From: the human T2T-CHM13v2.0 reference genome, Homo sapiens
Direction: 5' to 3' (one strand)
DNA length: 64,000 nucleotides
Assembly: GCF_009914755.1 (NCBI RefSeq)
Contig: NC_060925.1
The notes under the pieces were generated by a model. That model was not told the origin of the DNA, searched no databases, and saw nothing but the letters and a program-made list of their open reading frames with translations. Each line of letters starts with the position of its first letter. The stretch's first letter is position 1. The translations under genes and the position numbers were made by a program. This document shows, one piece after another, positions 44,020 through 57,200 of the stretch.

Positions 44020-47000
44020 TGGAATCATCAAATGGAATCAGATGGAATCATCATCAAATGGAATCGAATAGAATTATGGAATGAAATCCAATGTGGTCAT
44101 CATCGAATAGACTCGAATGGAATCATCATCCAATGGAAACTAATGGAATCAACATCGAATGGAATCGAATGGAAACACCATCGAATTGAAACGAATGGAA
44201 TTATCATGAAATTGAAATGGATGTACTCATCATCGAATGGATTCGAATGGAATCATGGGATGAAATTGACTGAAATCATCATCAAATGGAATCGAATGGA
44301 ATCATTGAATGGAATCGAATGGAAGCATCATCAGATGGAAATGAATGGAATAATCATAGAATGGAATCGAATGTATTCATTGAATGGAATCAGATGGAAT
44401 CATCGAATGGACTTGAATGGAATCATAGAATGGACTCGAATGGAATCATTATTGAGTGGAATTCAAAGGAATCATCGAATGGTCTCCGATGGAATCATTA
44501 TCAAATGGAATCGAATGGAATCACCGAATAGAATCGAATGGAACAATCATCGAATGGACTCAAATGGAATTATGCTCAAATGGAATCGAATGGAATTATC
44601 GAATGCAATCGAATGGAATAATCGAATGCAATCGAATAGAATCATCGAATGGACTCGAATGGAATCATCGAATGGAATGGAAAGGAATAGTCAATGAACT
44701 CGAATGGAATCATCATTGAATGGAATCGAATGGAATCATCGAGTGGAATCAAATGGAATCATGATCAAATGGAATTGAATGTAATCATCATCAAATGGAG
44801 TCAAAAATAACCATCATCAATTGGTATTGAATGGAATTGTCATCAAATGGAATTCAAAGGAATCATCATCAAATGGAAACGAATGGAATCCTCATTGAAT
44901 GGAAATGAAAGGAGTCATCATCTAATGGAATCGCATGGAATCATCATCAAATGGAATCGAATGGAATCATCATCAAATGGAATCTAACGGAATCATTGAA
45001 CGGAATTGAATGGAATCGTCATCGAATGAATTGAATGCAATCATCGAATGGTCTCGAACGGAATCATCTTCCGAAGGAATGTAATGGAATCATCGCATAG
45101 AATCGAATGGAATTATCATCGAATGGACTCGAATGAAATCAACCTCAAACGGAATGAAACGGAATTATCGAATGGAATCGAAGAGAATCATCGAATGGAC
45201 TCGAATGGAATCATCTAATGGAATGGAATGGAATAATCCATGGACTCGAATGCAATCATCATCGAATGGAATCGAATGGAATCATCGAATGGACTCGAAT
45301 GGAATAATCATTGAACGGAATCGTATGGAATCATCATTGGATGGAAACGAATGGAATCATCATCGAATGGAATCGAATGGAATCATCAAATGGAATCAGA
45401 TGTAATCATCATCAAATGGAATCGAATAGAATTATGGAATCAAATCCAATGTGATCATCATCGAATGGACTCGAATAGAATCAACATCAAATGGAAACTA
45501 ATGGAATCAACATCGAATGGAATCGAATGGAAACACCATCGAATTGAAACGAATGGAATTATCATGAAATTGAAATGGATGGACTCATCATCGAATAGAT
45601 TCGAATGGAATCATCGAATGACATTTATTGAAATCATCATCAAATGGAATCGAATGGAATCATTGAATGGAATCGAATGGAATCATCATCAGATGAAAAT
45701 GAATGGAATCATCACAGAATGGAATCGAATGGATTCATTGAATGGAATCAGATGGAATCATCGAATGGACTTGAATGGAATCATTGAATTGACCCGAATG
45801 GAATCATTATTGAATGGAATTGAATGGAATCATCGAATGGTCTCGAATGGAATCATTATCAAATGGAATCGAATGGAATCACCGAATAAAATCGAATTGA
45901 ACAATCATCGAATGGACTCAAATGGAATTATCCTTAAATGGAATCGAATGGAATTATCAAATGCAATCGAATGGAATAATCGAATGCAATCGAATAGAAT
46001 CATCGAATGGACTGGAATGGAATCATCGAATGGAATGGAATGGAATAGTCAACGAACTCGAATGGAATCATCATTGAATGGAATGGAATGCAATCATCGA
46101 GTGGAATCGAATGGAATCATGATCAAATGGAATAGAATGTAATCATCATCAAATGGAATCAAAAATAACCATCATCAGTTGGTATTGAATGGAATTGTCA
46201 TCAAATGAAATTCAAAGGAATCATCATCAAATGGAACCGAATGGAATCCTTATTGAATGGAAATGAAAGGAGTCATCATCTAATGGAATCGCATGGAATC
46301 ATCATTAAATGGAATCGAATGGAATCATCATCAAATGGATTCTAATGGAATCATTGAACGGAATTGAATGGAATCGTCATCGAATGAATTGAATGCAATC
46401 ACCGAATGATCTCCAACGGAATCATCTTCCAATGGAATGGAATGGAATCATCGCATAGAATCGAATGGAATTATCATCGAATGGACTCGAATGGAATCAA
46501 TCTCAAACGGAATGAAACGGAATTATCGAATGGAATCGAAGAGAATCATCGAATGGACTCGAATGGAATCATCTAATGGAATGGAATGGAATAATCCATG
46601 GACTCGAATGCAATCATCATCGAATGGAATCGAATGGAATCATCGAATGGACTCGAATGGAATAATCATTGAACGGAATCGAATGGAATCATCATCGGAT
46701 GGAAACGAATGGAATCATCATCGAATGGAATCGAATGGAATCATCAAATGGAATCAGATGGAATCATCATCAAATGGAATCGAATAGAATTATGGAATCA
46801 AATCCAATGTCATCATCATCGAATGTACTCGAATGGAATCATCATCCAATGGAAACTAATGGAATCATCATCGAATGGAATCGAATGGAATCATCAAATG
46901 GAATCAGATGGAATCATCATCAAATGGAATCGAATAGAATTATGGAATGAAATCCAATGTGATCATCATCGAATGGACTCCAATGGAATCATCATCCAAT

Positions 47001-50000
47001 GGAATCTAATGGAATCAACATCCAATGGAATCGAATGGAAACACCATCGAATTGAAACGAATGGAATTACCATGAAATTGAAATGGATGGACTCATCATC
47101 GAATGGATTCGAATGGAATCATCGGATGAAATTGACTGAAATCATCATCAAATGGAATCGAATGGAATCATTCAATGGAATCGAATGTAATAATCATCAG
47201 ATGGAAATGAATGGAATAATCATAGAATGGAATCGAATGTATTCATTGAATGGTATCAGATGGAATCATCGAATGGACTTGAATGGAATCATTGAATGGA
47301 CTCGAATGGAATCATTATTGAGTGGAATTGAATGGAATCATCGAATGGTCTCGAATGGAATCATTATCAAATGGAATCGAATGGAATCACCGAATAGAAT
47401 CGAATGCAACAATCATCGAATGGACTCAAATGGAATTATCCTCAAATGGAATCGAATGGAATTATCGAATGCAATCGAATGGAATAATCGAATGCAATCG
47501 AATAGAATCATCGAATAGACTCGAATGGAATCATCGAATGGAATGGAAAGGAATAGTCAATGAACTCAAATGGAATCATCATAGAATGGAATCGAATGGA
47601 ATCATCGAGTGGAATCGAATGGAATCATGATCAAATGGAATGGAATGTAATCATCATCAAATGGAGTCAAAAATAACCATCATCAATTGGTATTGAATGG
47701 AATTGTCATCAAATGGAATTCAAAGGAATCATCATCAAATGGAAACGAATGGAATCCTCATTGAATGGAAATGAAAGGAGTCATCATCTAATGGAATCGC
47801 ATGTAATCACCATCAAATGGAATCGAATGGAATCATCATCAAATGGAATCTAATGGAATCATTGAACGGAATTGAATGGAATCGTCATCGAATGAATTGA
47901 ATGCAATCATCGAATGGTCTCGAACGGAATCATCTTCCGAAGGAATGTAATGGAATCATCGCATAGAATCGAATGGAATTATCATCGAATGGACTCGAAT
48001 GGAATCAACCTCAAACGGAAACCAACGGAATTATCGAATGGAATCGAAGAGAATCATCGAATGGACTCGAATGGAATCATCTAATGGAATGGAATGGAAT
48101 AATCCATGGACTCGAATGCAATCATCATCGAATGGAATCGAATGGAATCATCGAATGGACACTAATGGAATAATCATTGAACGGAATCGAATGGAATCAT
48201 CATCGGATGGAAACGAATGGAATCATCATCGAATGGAATCGAATGGAATCATCAAATGGAATCAGATGGAATCATCATCAAATGGAATCGAATACAATTA
48301 TGGAATCAAATCCAATGTGATCATCATCGAATGGACTCGAATGGAATCATCATCCAATGGAAACTAATGGAATCAACATCGAATGGAATCGAATGGAAAC
48401 ACCATCGAATTGAAACGAATGGAATTATCATGAAACTGAAATGGATGGACTCATCATCGAATGGATTCGAATGGAATCATCAGATGAAATTGACTGAAAT
48501 CATCATTAAATGGAATCGAATGGAATCATTGAATGGAATCGAATGGAATCATCATCAGATGGAAATGAATGGAATAATCATAGTATGGAATCGAATGTAT
48601 TCATTGAATGGAATCAGATGGAATCATCGAATGGACTTGAATGGAATCATTGAATGGACTCGAATGGAATCATTATTGAGTGGAATTGAATGGAATCATC
48701 GAATGGTCTCGAATGGAATCATTATCAAATGGAATCGAATGGAATCACCGAATAGAATCGAATGGAACAATCATAGAATAGACTCAAATGGAATTATCCT
48801 CAAATGGAATCGAGTGAAATTATCGAATGCAATCGAATGGAATAATCGAATGCAATCAAACAGAATCATCGAATTCACTCGAATGGAATCATCGAATGGA
48901 ATGGAAAGGAATAGTCAATGAACTCGAATGGAATCATCATTGAATGGAATCGAATGGAATCATCGAGTGGAATCGAATGGAATCATGATCAAATGGAATC
49001 GAATGTAATCATCATCAAATGGAGTCAAAAATAACCATCATCAATTGGTATTGAATGGAATTGTCATCAAATGGAATTCAAAGGAATCATCATCAAATGG
49101 AACCGAATGGAATCCTCATTGAATGGAAATGAGAGGAGTCATCATCTAATGGAATCGCATGGAATCATCATCAAATGGAATCGAATGGAATCATCATCAA
49201 ATGGAATCTAATGGAATTATTGAACGGAATTGAATGGAATCGTCATCGAATGAATTGAATGCAATCATCGAATGTTCTCCAACGGAATCATCTTCCAATG
49301 GAATGGAATGGAATCTTCGCAAAGAATCGAATGGAATTATCATCGAATGGACTGGAATGGAATCAACCTCAAACGGAATCAAACGGAATTATCGAATGGA
49401 ATCGAAGAGAATCATAGAATGGGCTCGAATGGAATCATCTAATGGAATGGAACGGAATAATCTATAGACTCGAATGCAATCATTATCGAATGGAATCGAA
49501 TTGAATCATCGAATGGACTCGAATGGAATAATCATTGAACGGAATTGAAAGGAATCATCATCGGATGGAAAAGAATGGAATCATCATCGAATGGAATCGA
49601 ATGGAATCATCAAATGGAATCAGATGGAATCATCATCAAATGGAATCGAATAGAATTATGGAATGAAATCCAATGTGGTCATCATCGAATGGACTCGAAT
49701 GGAATCATCATCCAATGGAAACTAATGGAATCAACATCGAATGGAATCGAATGGAAACTCCATCGAATTGAAACGAATGGAATTATCATGAAATTGAAAT
49801 GGATGTACTCATCATCGAATGGATTCGAATGGAAACATCGGATGAAATTGACTGAAATCATCATCAAATGGAATCGAATGGAATCATTGAATGGAATCGA
49901 ATGGAAGCATCATCAGATGGAAATGAATGGAATAATCATAGAATGGAATCGAATGTATTCATTGAATGGAATCAGATGGAATCATCGAATGGACTTGAAT

Positions 50001-52233
50001 GGAATCATAGAATGGACTCGAATGGAATCATTATTGAGTGGAATTCAAAGGAATCATCGAATGGTCTCGGATGGAATCTTTATCAAATGGAATCGAATGG
50101 AATCACCGAATAGAATCGAATGGAACAATCATCGAATGGACTCAAATGGAATTATCCTCAAATGGAATCGAATGGAATTATCGAATGCAATCGAATGGAA
50201 TAATCGAATGCAATCGAATAGAATCATCGAATGGACTCGAATGGAATCATCGAATGGAATGGAAAGGAATAGTCAATGAACTCGAATGGAATCATCATTG
50301 AATGGAATCGAATGGAATCATCGAGTGGAATCGAATGGAATAATGATCAAATGGAATGGAATGTAATCATCATCAAATGGAGTCAAAAATAACCATCATC
50401 AATTGGTATTGAATGGAATTGTCATCAAATGGAATTCAAAGGAATCATCATCAAATGGAAACGAATGGAATCCTCATTGAATGGAAATGAAAGGAGTCAT
50501 GATCTAATGGAGTCGCATGGAATCATCATCAAATGGAATCGGATGGAATCATCATCAAATGGAATCTAATGGAATCATTGAACGGAATTGAATGGAATCG
50601 TCATCGAATGAATTGAATGCAATCATCGAATGGTCTCGAACGGAATCATCTTCCGAAGGAATGTAATGGAATCATCGCATAGAATCGAATGGAATTATCA
50701 TCGAATGGACTCGAATGAAATCAACCTCAAACGGAATGAAACGGAATTATGGAATGGAATCGAAGAGAATCATCGAATGGACTCGAATGGAATCATCTAA
50801 TGGAATGGAATGGAATAATCCATGGACTCGAATGCAATCATCATCGAATGCAATCGAAGGGAATCATCGAATGGACTCGAATGGAATAATCATTGAACGG
50901 AATCGAATGGAATCATCATCGGATGGAAACGAATGGAATCATCATCGAATGGAATCGAATGGAATCATCAAATGGAATCAGATGGAATCATCATCAAATG
51001 GAATCGAATAGAATTATGGAATCAAATCCAATGTGATCATCATCGAATGGACTCAAATAGAATCATCATCCAATGGAAACTAATGGAATCAACATCGAAT
51101 GGAATCGAATGGAAACACCATCGAATTGAAACGAATGGAATTATCATGAAATTGAAATGGATGGACTCATCATCGAATAGATTCGAATGGAATCATCGAA
51201 TGAAATTTATTGAAATCATCATCAAATGGAATCGAATGGAATCATTGAATGGAATCGAGTGGAATCATCATCAGATGAAAATGAATGGAATCATCACAGA
51301 ATGGAATCGAATGGATTCATTGAATGGAATCAGATGGAATCATCGAATGGACTTGAATGGAATCATTGAATTGACTCGAATGGAATCATTATTGAATGGA
51401 ATTGAATGGAATCATCGAATGGTCTCGAATGGAATCTTTATCAAATGGAATCGAATGGAATCACCGAATAAAATCGAATTGAACAATCATCGAATGGACT
51501 CAAATGGAATTATCCTTAAATGGAATCGAATGGAATTATCGAATGCAATCGAATGGAATAATCGAATGCAATCGAATAGAATCATCGAATGGACTGGAAT
51601 GGAATCATCGAATGGAATGGAAAGGAATAGTCAACGAACTCGAATGGAATCATCATTGAATGGAATGGAATGCAATCATCGAGTGGAATCGAATGGAATC
51701 ATGATCAAATGGAATCGAATGTAATCATCATCAAATGGAATCAAAAATAACCATCATCAGTTGGTATTGAATGGAATTGTCATCAAATGAAATTCAAAGG
51801 AATCATCATCAAATGGAACCGAATGGAATCCTCATTGAATGGAAATGAAAGGAGTCATCATCTAATGGAATCGCATGGAATCATCATTAAATGGAATCGA
51901 ATGGAATCATCATCAAATGGATTCTAATGGAATCATTGAACGGAATTGAATGGAATCGTCATCGAATGAATTGAATGCAATCACCGAATGATCCCCAACG
52001 GAATCATCTTCCAATGGAATGGAATGGAATCATCGCATAGAATCGAATGGAATTATCATCGAATGGACTCGAATGGAATCAATCTCAAACGGAATGAAAC
52101 GGAATTATCGAATGGAATCGAAGAGAATCATCGAATGGACTCGAATGGAATCATCGAATGGAATGGAATGGAATAATCCATGGACTCGAATGCAATCATC
52201 ATCGAATGGAATCGAATGGAATCATCGAATGGA
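44020..52233 (+). repeat. ~2.6-kb duplicated block (about 44020–46651 vs 49602–52233; offset 5582), slightly diverged
   Basis: ORF pairs 44286/49868, 44456/50038, 45133/50715, 45351/50933 and 46437/52019 all differ by 5582. Shared variants are GAATAGATTCG, AGATGAAAATG, AATAAAATCGAATTG, GTCAACGAAC and GGATTCTAATGG, with scattered mismatches. Confidence 0.85.
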
Positions 52234-55200
52234 CACTAATGGAATAATCATTGAACGGAATCGAATGGAATCATCATCGGATGGAAACGAATGGAATCAT
52301 CATCGAATGGAATCGAATGGAATCATCAAATGGAATCAGATGGAATCATCATCAAATGGAATCGAATACAATTATGGAATCAAATCCAATGTGATCATCA
52401 TCGAATGGACTCGAATGGAATCATCATCCAATGGAAACTAATGGAATCAACATCGAATGGAATCGAATGGAAACACCATCGAATTGAAACGAATGGAATT
52501 ATCATGAAACTGAAATGGATGGACTCATCATCGAATGGATTCGAATGGAATCATCAGATGAAATTGACTGAAATCATCATTAAATGGAATCGAATGGAAT
52601 CATTGAATGGAATCGAATGGAATCATCATCAGATGGAAATGAATGGAATAATCATAGTATGGAATCGAATGGATTCATTGAATGGAATCAGATGGAATCA
52701 TCGAATGGACTTGAATGGAATCATAGAATGGACTCGAACGGAATCATTATTGAGTGGAATTCAAAGGAATCATCGAATGGTCTCGGATGGAATCATTATC
52801 AAATGGAATCGAATGGAATCACCAAATAGAATCGAATGGAACAATCATCGAATGGACTCAAATGGAATTATCCTCAAATGGAATCGAATGGAATTATCGA
52901 ATGCAATCGAATGGAATAATCGAATACAATCGAATAGAATCATCGAATGGACTCGAATGGAATCATCGAATGGAATGGAAAGGAATAGTCAATGAAATCG
53001 AATGGAATCATCATTGAATGGAATCGAATGGAATCATGATCAAATGGAATCGAATGTAATCATCATCAAATGGAATCAAAAATAACCATCATCAATTGGT
53101 ATTGAATGGAATTGTCATCAAATGGAATTCAAAGGAATCATCATCAAATGGAACCGTATGGAATCCTCATTGAATGGAAATGAAAGGAGTCATCATCTAC
53201 TGGAATCGCATGGAATCATCATCAAATGGAATCGAGTGGAATCATCATCAAATGGAATCTAATGGAATCATTGAACGGAATTGAATGGAATCGTCATCGA
53301 ATGAATTGAATGCAATCATCGAATGGTCTCGAACGGAATCATCTTCCAATGGAATGGAATGGAATCATCGCATAGAATCGAATGGAATTATCATCGAATG
53401 GACTCAAATGGAATCAACCTCAAACGGAATCAAACGGAATTATCGAATGGAATCCAAAGAATCATCGAATGGACTTGAATGGAATCATCTAATGGAATGG
53501 AACGGAATAATCCATGGACTCGAATGCAATCATCATCAAATGGAATCGAATGGAATCATCGAATGGACACGAATGGAATAATCATTGAACGGAATTGAAT
53601 GGAATCATCATCGGATGGAAATGAATGGAATCATCATCGAATGGAATCGAATGGAATCATCAAATGGAATCAGATGGAATCATCATCAAATGGAATCGAA
53701 TAGAATTATGGAATGAAATCCAATGTGATCATCATCGAATGGACTCGAATGGAATCATCATCCAATGGAAACTAACGGAATCAACATCGAATGGAATCGA
53801 ATGGAAACCCCATCGAATTGAAACGAATGAAATTATCATGAAATTGAAATGGATGGACTCATCATCGAATGGATTCGAATGGGATCATCGAATGAAATGT
53901 ATTGAAATCATCATCAAATGGAATCGAATGGAATCATTGAATGGAATCGAATGGAATCATCATCAGATGGAAATGAATGGAATCATCACAGAATGTAATC
54001 GAAAGGATTCATTGAATGGAATCAGAGGGAATCATCAAATGGACTTGAATGGAATCATTGAATGGACTCGAATGGAATCATTATCAAATGGAATCGAATG
54101 GAATCACCGAATAGAATCGAATGGAACAATCATCGAATGGACTCAAATGGAATTATCCTAAAATGGAATCGAATGGAATTATCGAATGCAATCGAATGGA
54201 ATAATCGAATGCAATCGAATAGAATCATCGAATAGACTCGAATGGAATCATCGAACGGAATGGAATGGAATAGTCAATGAACTCGAATGGAATCATCATT
54301 GAATGGAATCGAATGGAATCATCGAGTGGAATCGAATGGAATCATGATCAAATGGAATCGAATGTAATCATCATCAAATGGAATCAAAAATAACCATCAT
54401 CAATTGGTATTGAATGGAATTGTCATCAAATGGAATTCAAAGGCATCATCATCAAATGGAACCGAATGGAATCCTCAATGAATGGAAATGAAAGGAATCA
54501 TCATCTAATGGAATCACATGGAATCATCATCAAATGGAATCGAATGGAATCATCATCAAATGGAATCTAATGGAAACATTGAACGGAATTGAATGGAATC
54601 GTCTTCGAATGAATTGAATGCAATCATCGAATGGTCTCCAACGGAATCATCTTCCAATGGAATGGAATGGAATCATCGCATAGAATCGAATGCAATTATC
54701 ATCGAATGGACTCGAATGGAATCAACCTCAAACGGAATGAAACGTAATTATCGAATGGAATCGAATTGAATCATCGAATGGACTCGAATGGAATAATCAT
54801 TGAACGGAATCGAATGGAATCATCTTCGGATGGAAAAGAATGGAATCATCATCGAATGGAATCGAATGGAATCATCAAATGGAATCAGATGGAATCATCA
54901 TCAAATGGAATCGAATAGAATTATGGAATGAAATCCAATGTGATCATCATCGAATGGACTCGAACGGAATCATCATCCAATGGAAACTAATGGAATCAAC
55001 ATCGAATGGAATCGAATGGAAACACCATCGAATTGAAACGAATGGAATTATCATGAAATTGAAATGGATGGACTCATCATCGAATGGATTCGAATGGAAT
55101 CATCGGATGAAATTGACGAAAATCATCATCAAATGGAATCGAATGGAATCATTGAATGGAATCGAATGGAAGCATCATCAGATGGAAATGAATGGAATCA

Positions 55201-57200
55201 TCATAGAATGGAATCGAATGGATTCATTGAATGGAATCAGATGGAATCATCGAATGGACTTGAATGGAATCATAGAATGGACTCGAATGGAATCATTATT
55301 GAGTGGAATTCAAAGGAATCATCGAATGGTCTCGAATGGAATCATTATCAAATGGAATCGAATGGAATCACCGAATAGAATCGAATGGAACAATCATCGA
55401 ATGGACTCAAATGGAATTATCCTCAAATGGAATCGAATGGAATAATCGAATGCAATCGAATGGAATAATCGAATGCAATCGAATAGAATCATCGAATGGA
55501 CTCGAATGGAATCATCGAATGGAATGGAAAGGAATAGTCAATGAACTCGAATGGAATCATCATTGAGTGGAATCGAATGGAATCATCGAGTGGAATCGAA
55601 TGGAATCATGATCAAATGGAATCGAATGTAATCATCATCAAATGGAGTCAAAAATAACCATCATCAATTGGTATTGAATGGAATTGTCATCAAATGGACT
55701 TCAAAGGAATCATCATCAAATGGAAACGAATGGAATCCTCATTGAATGGAAATGAAAGGAGTCATCATCTAATGGAATAGCATGGAATCATCATGAAATG
55801 GAATCCAATGGAATCATCATCAAATGGAATCTAATGGAATCATTGAACGGAATTGAATGGAATCGTCATCGAATGAATTGAATGCAATCATCGAATGGTC
55901 TCGAACGGAATCAACTTCCGAAGGAATGTAATGGAATCATCGCATAGAATCGAATGGAATTATCATCGAATGGACTCGAATGGAATCAACCTCAAACGGA
56001 ATCAAACGGAATTATCGAATGGAATCAAAGAGAATCATCGAATGGACTCGAATGGAATCATATAATGGAATGGAACGGAATAATCCATGGACTCGAATGC
56101 AATCATCATCGAATGGAATCGAATGGAATCATCGAATGGACTCGAATGGAATAATCATTGAACGGAATCGAATGGAATCATCATCGAATGGAAACGAATG
56201 GAATCATCATCGAATGGAATCGAATGGAATCATCAAATGGAATCAGATGGAATCATCATCAAATGGAATCGAATAGAATTATGGAATGAAATCCAATGTG
56301 ATCATCATCGAATGGACTCGAATGGAATCATCATCCAATGGAAACTAATGGAATCAACATCGAATGGAATCGAATGGAAACACCATCGAATTGAAACGAA
56401 TGGAATTATCATGAAATTGAAATGGATGGTTTCATCATCGTATGGATTCGAATGGAATCATCGAATGAAATTGATTGAAATCATCATCAAATGGAATCGA
56501 ATGGAATCATTGAATGGAATCGAATGGAATCATCATCAGATGGAAATGAATGGAATCATCACAGAATGGAATCGAATGGATTCATTGAATGGAATCATAT
56601 GGAATCATCGAATGAACTTGAATGGAATCATTGAATGGACTCGAAGGGAATCATTATTGAATGGAATTGAATGGAATCATTGAATGGTCTCGAATGGAAT
56701 CATTATCAAATGGAATCGAATGGAATCACCGAATAGAATCGAATGGAACAATCATCGAATGGACTCAAATGGAATTATCCTCAAATGGAATCGAATGGAA
56801 TTATCGAATGCAATCGAATGGAATAATCGAATGCAATCGAATAGAATCATCGAATGGACTCGAATGGAATCATCGAATGTAAAGGAATGGAATAGTCAAT
56901 GAACTCGAATGGAATCATCATTGAATGGAATCGAATGGAATCATCGAGTGGAATCGAATGGAATCATTATCAAATGGAATCGAATGTAATCATCATCAAA
57001 TGGAATCAAAAATAACCATCATCAATTGGTTTTGAATGGAATTGTCATCAAATGGAATTCAAAGGAATCATCATCAAATGGAACCGAATGGAATCCTCAT
57101 TGAATGGAAATGAAAGGAGTCATCATCTAATGGAATCGCATGGAATCATCATCAAATGGAATCGAATGGAATCATCATCAAATGGAATCTAAGGGAATCA

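Larger units (their letters stand above)
6851..57200 (+). repeat. HSat2 domain 2: 1358-bp unit (probably HSat2B-like ~1.4 kb), with many rearranged units
   Basis: Landmark spacings are 17495→18853, 23799→25157 and 25157→26515, each 1358 bp. Variants are 1332 (8080→9412), 1335 (13910→15245, 51950→53285) and 1309 (15245→16554). Diagnostic words are AACCTCAAACGGAATCAAACGG, CAATGGAAACTAAT and TCTCGAACGGAATCATCTTCC. The HSat2B label is inferred, not verified. Confidence 0.8.

Noticed and set aside
10425-49867. Short − strand ORFs of 60–61 aa (10425, 24610, 34653, 36011, 37885, 40925, 42283, 49197, 49682)
   Set aside because: They arise from chance loss of a TGA in the ATGATGATTCC-rich strand and recur only because the DNA is duplicated.
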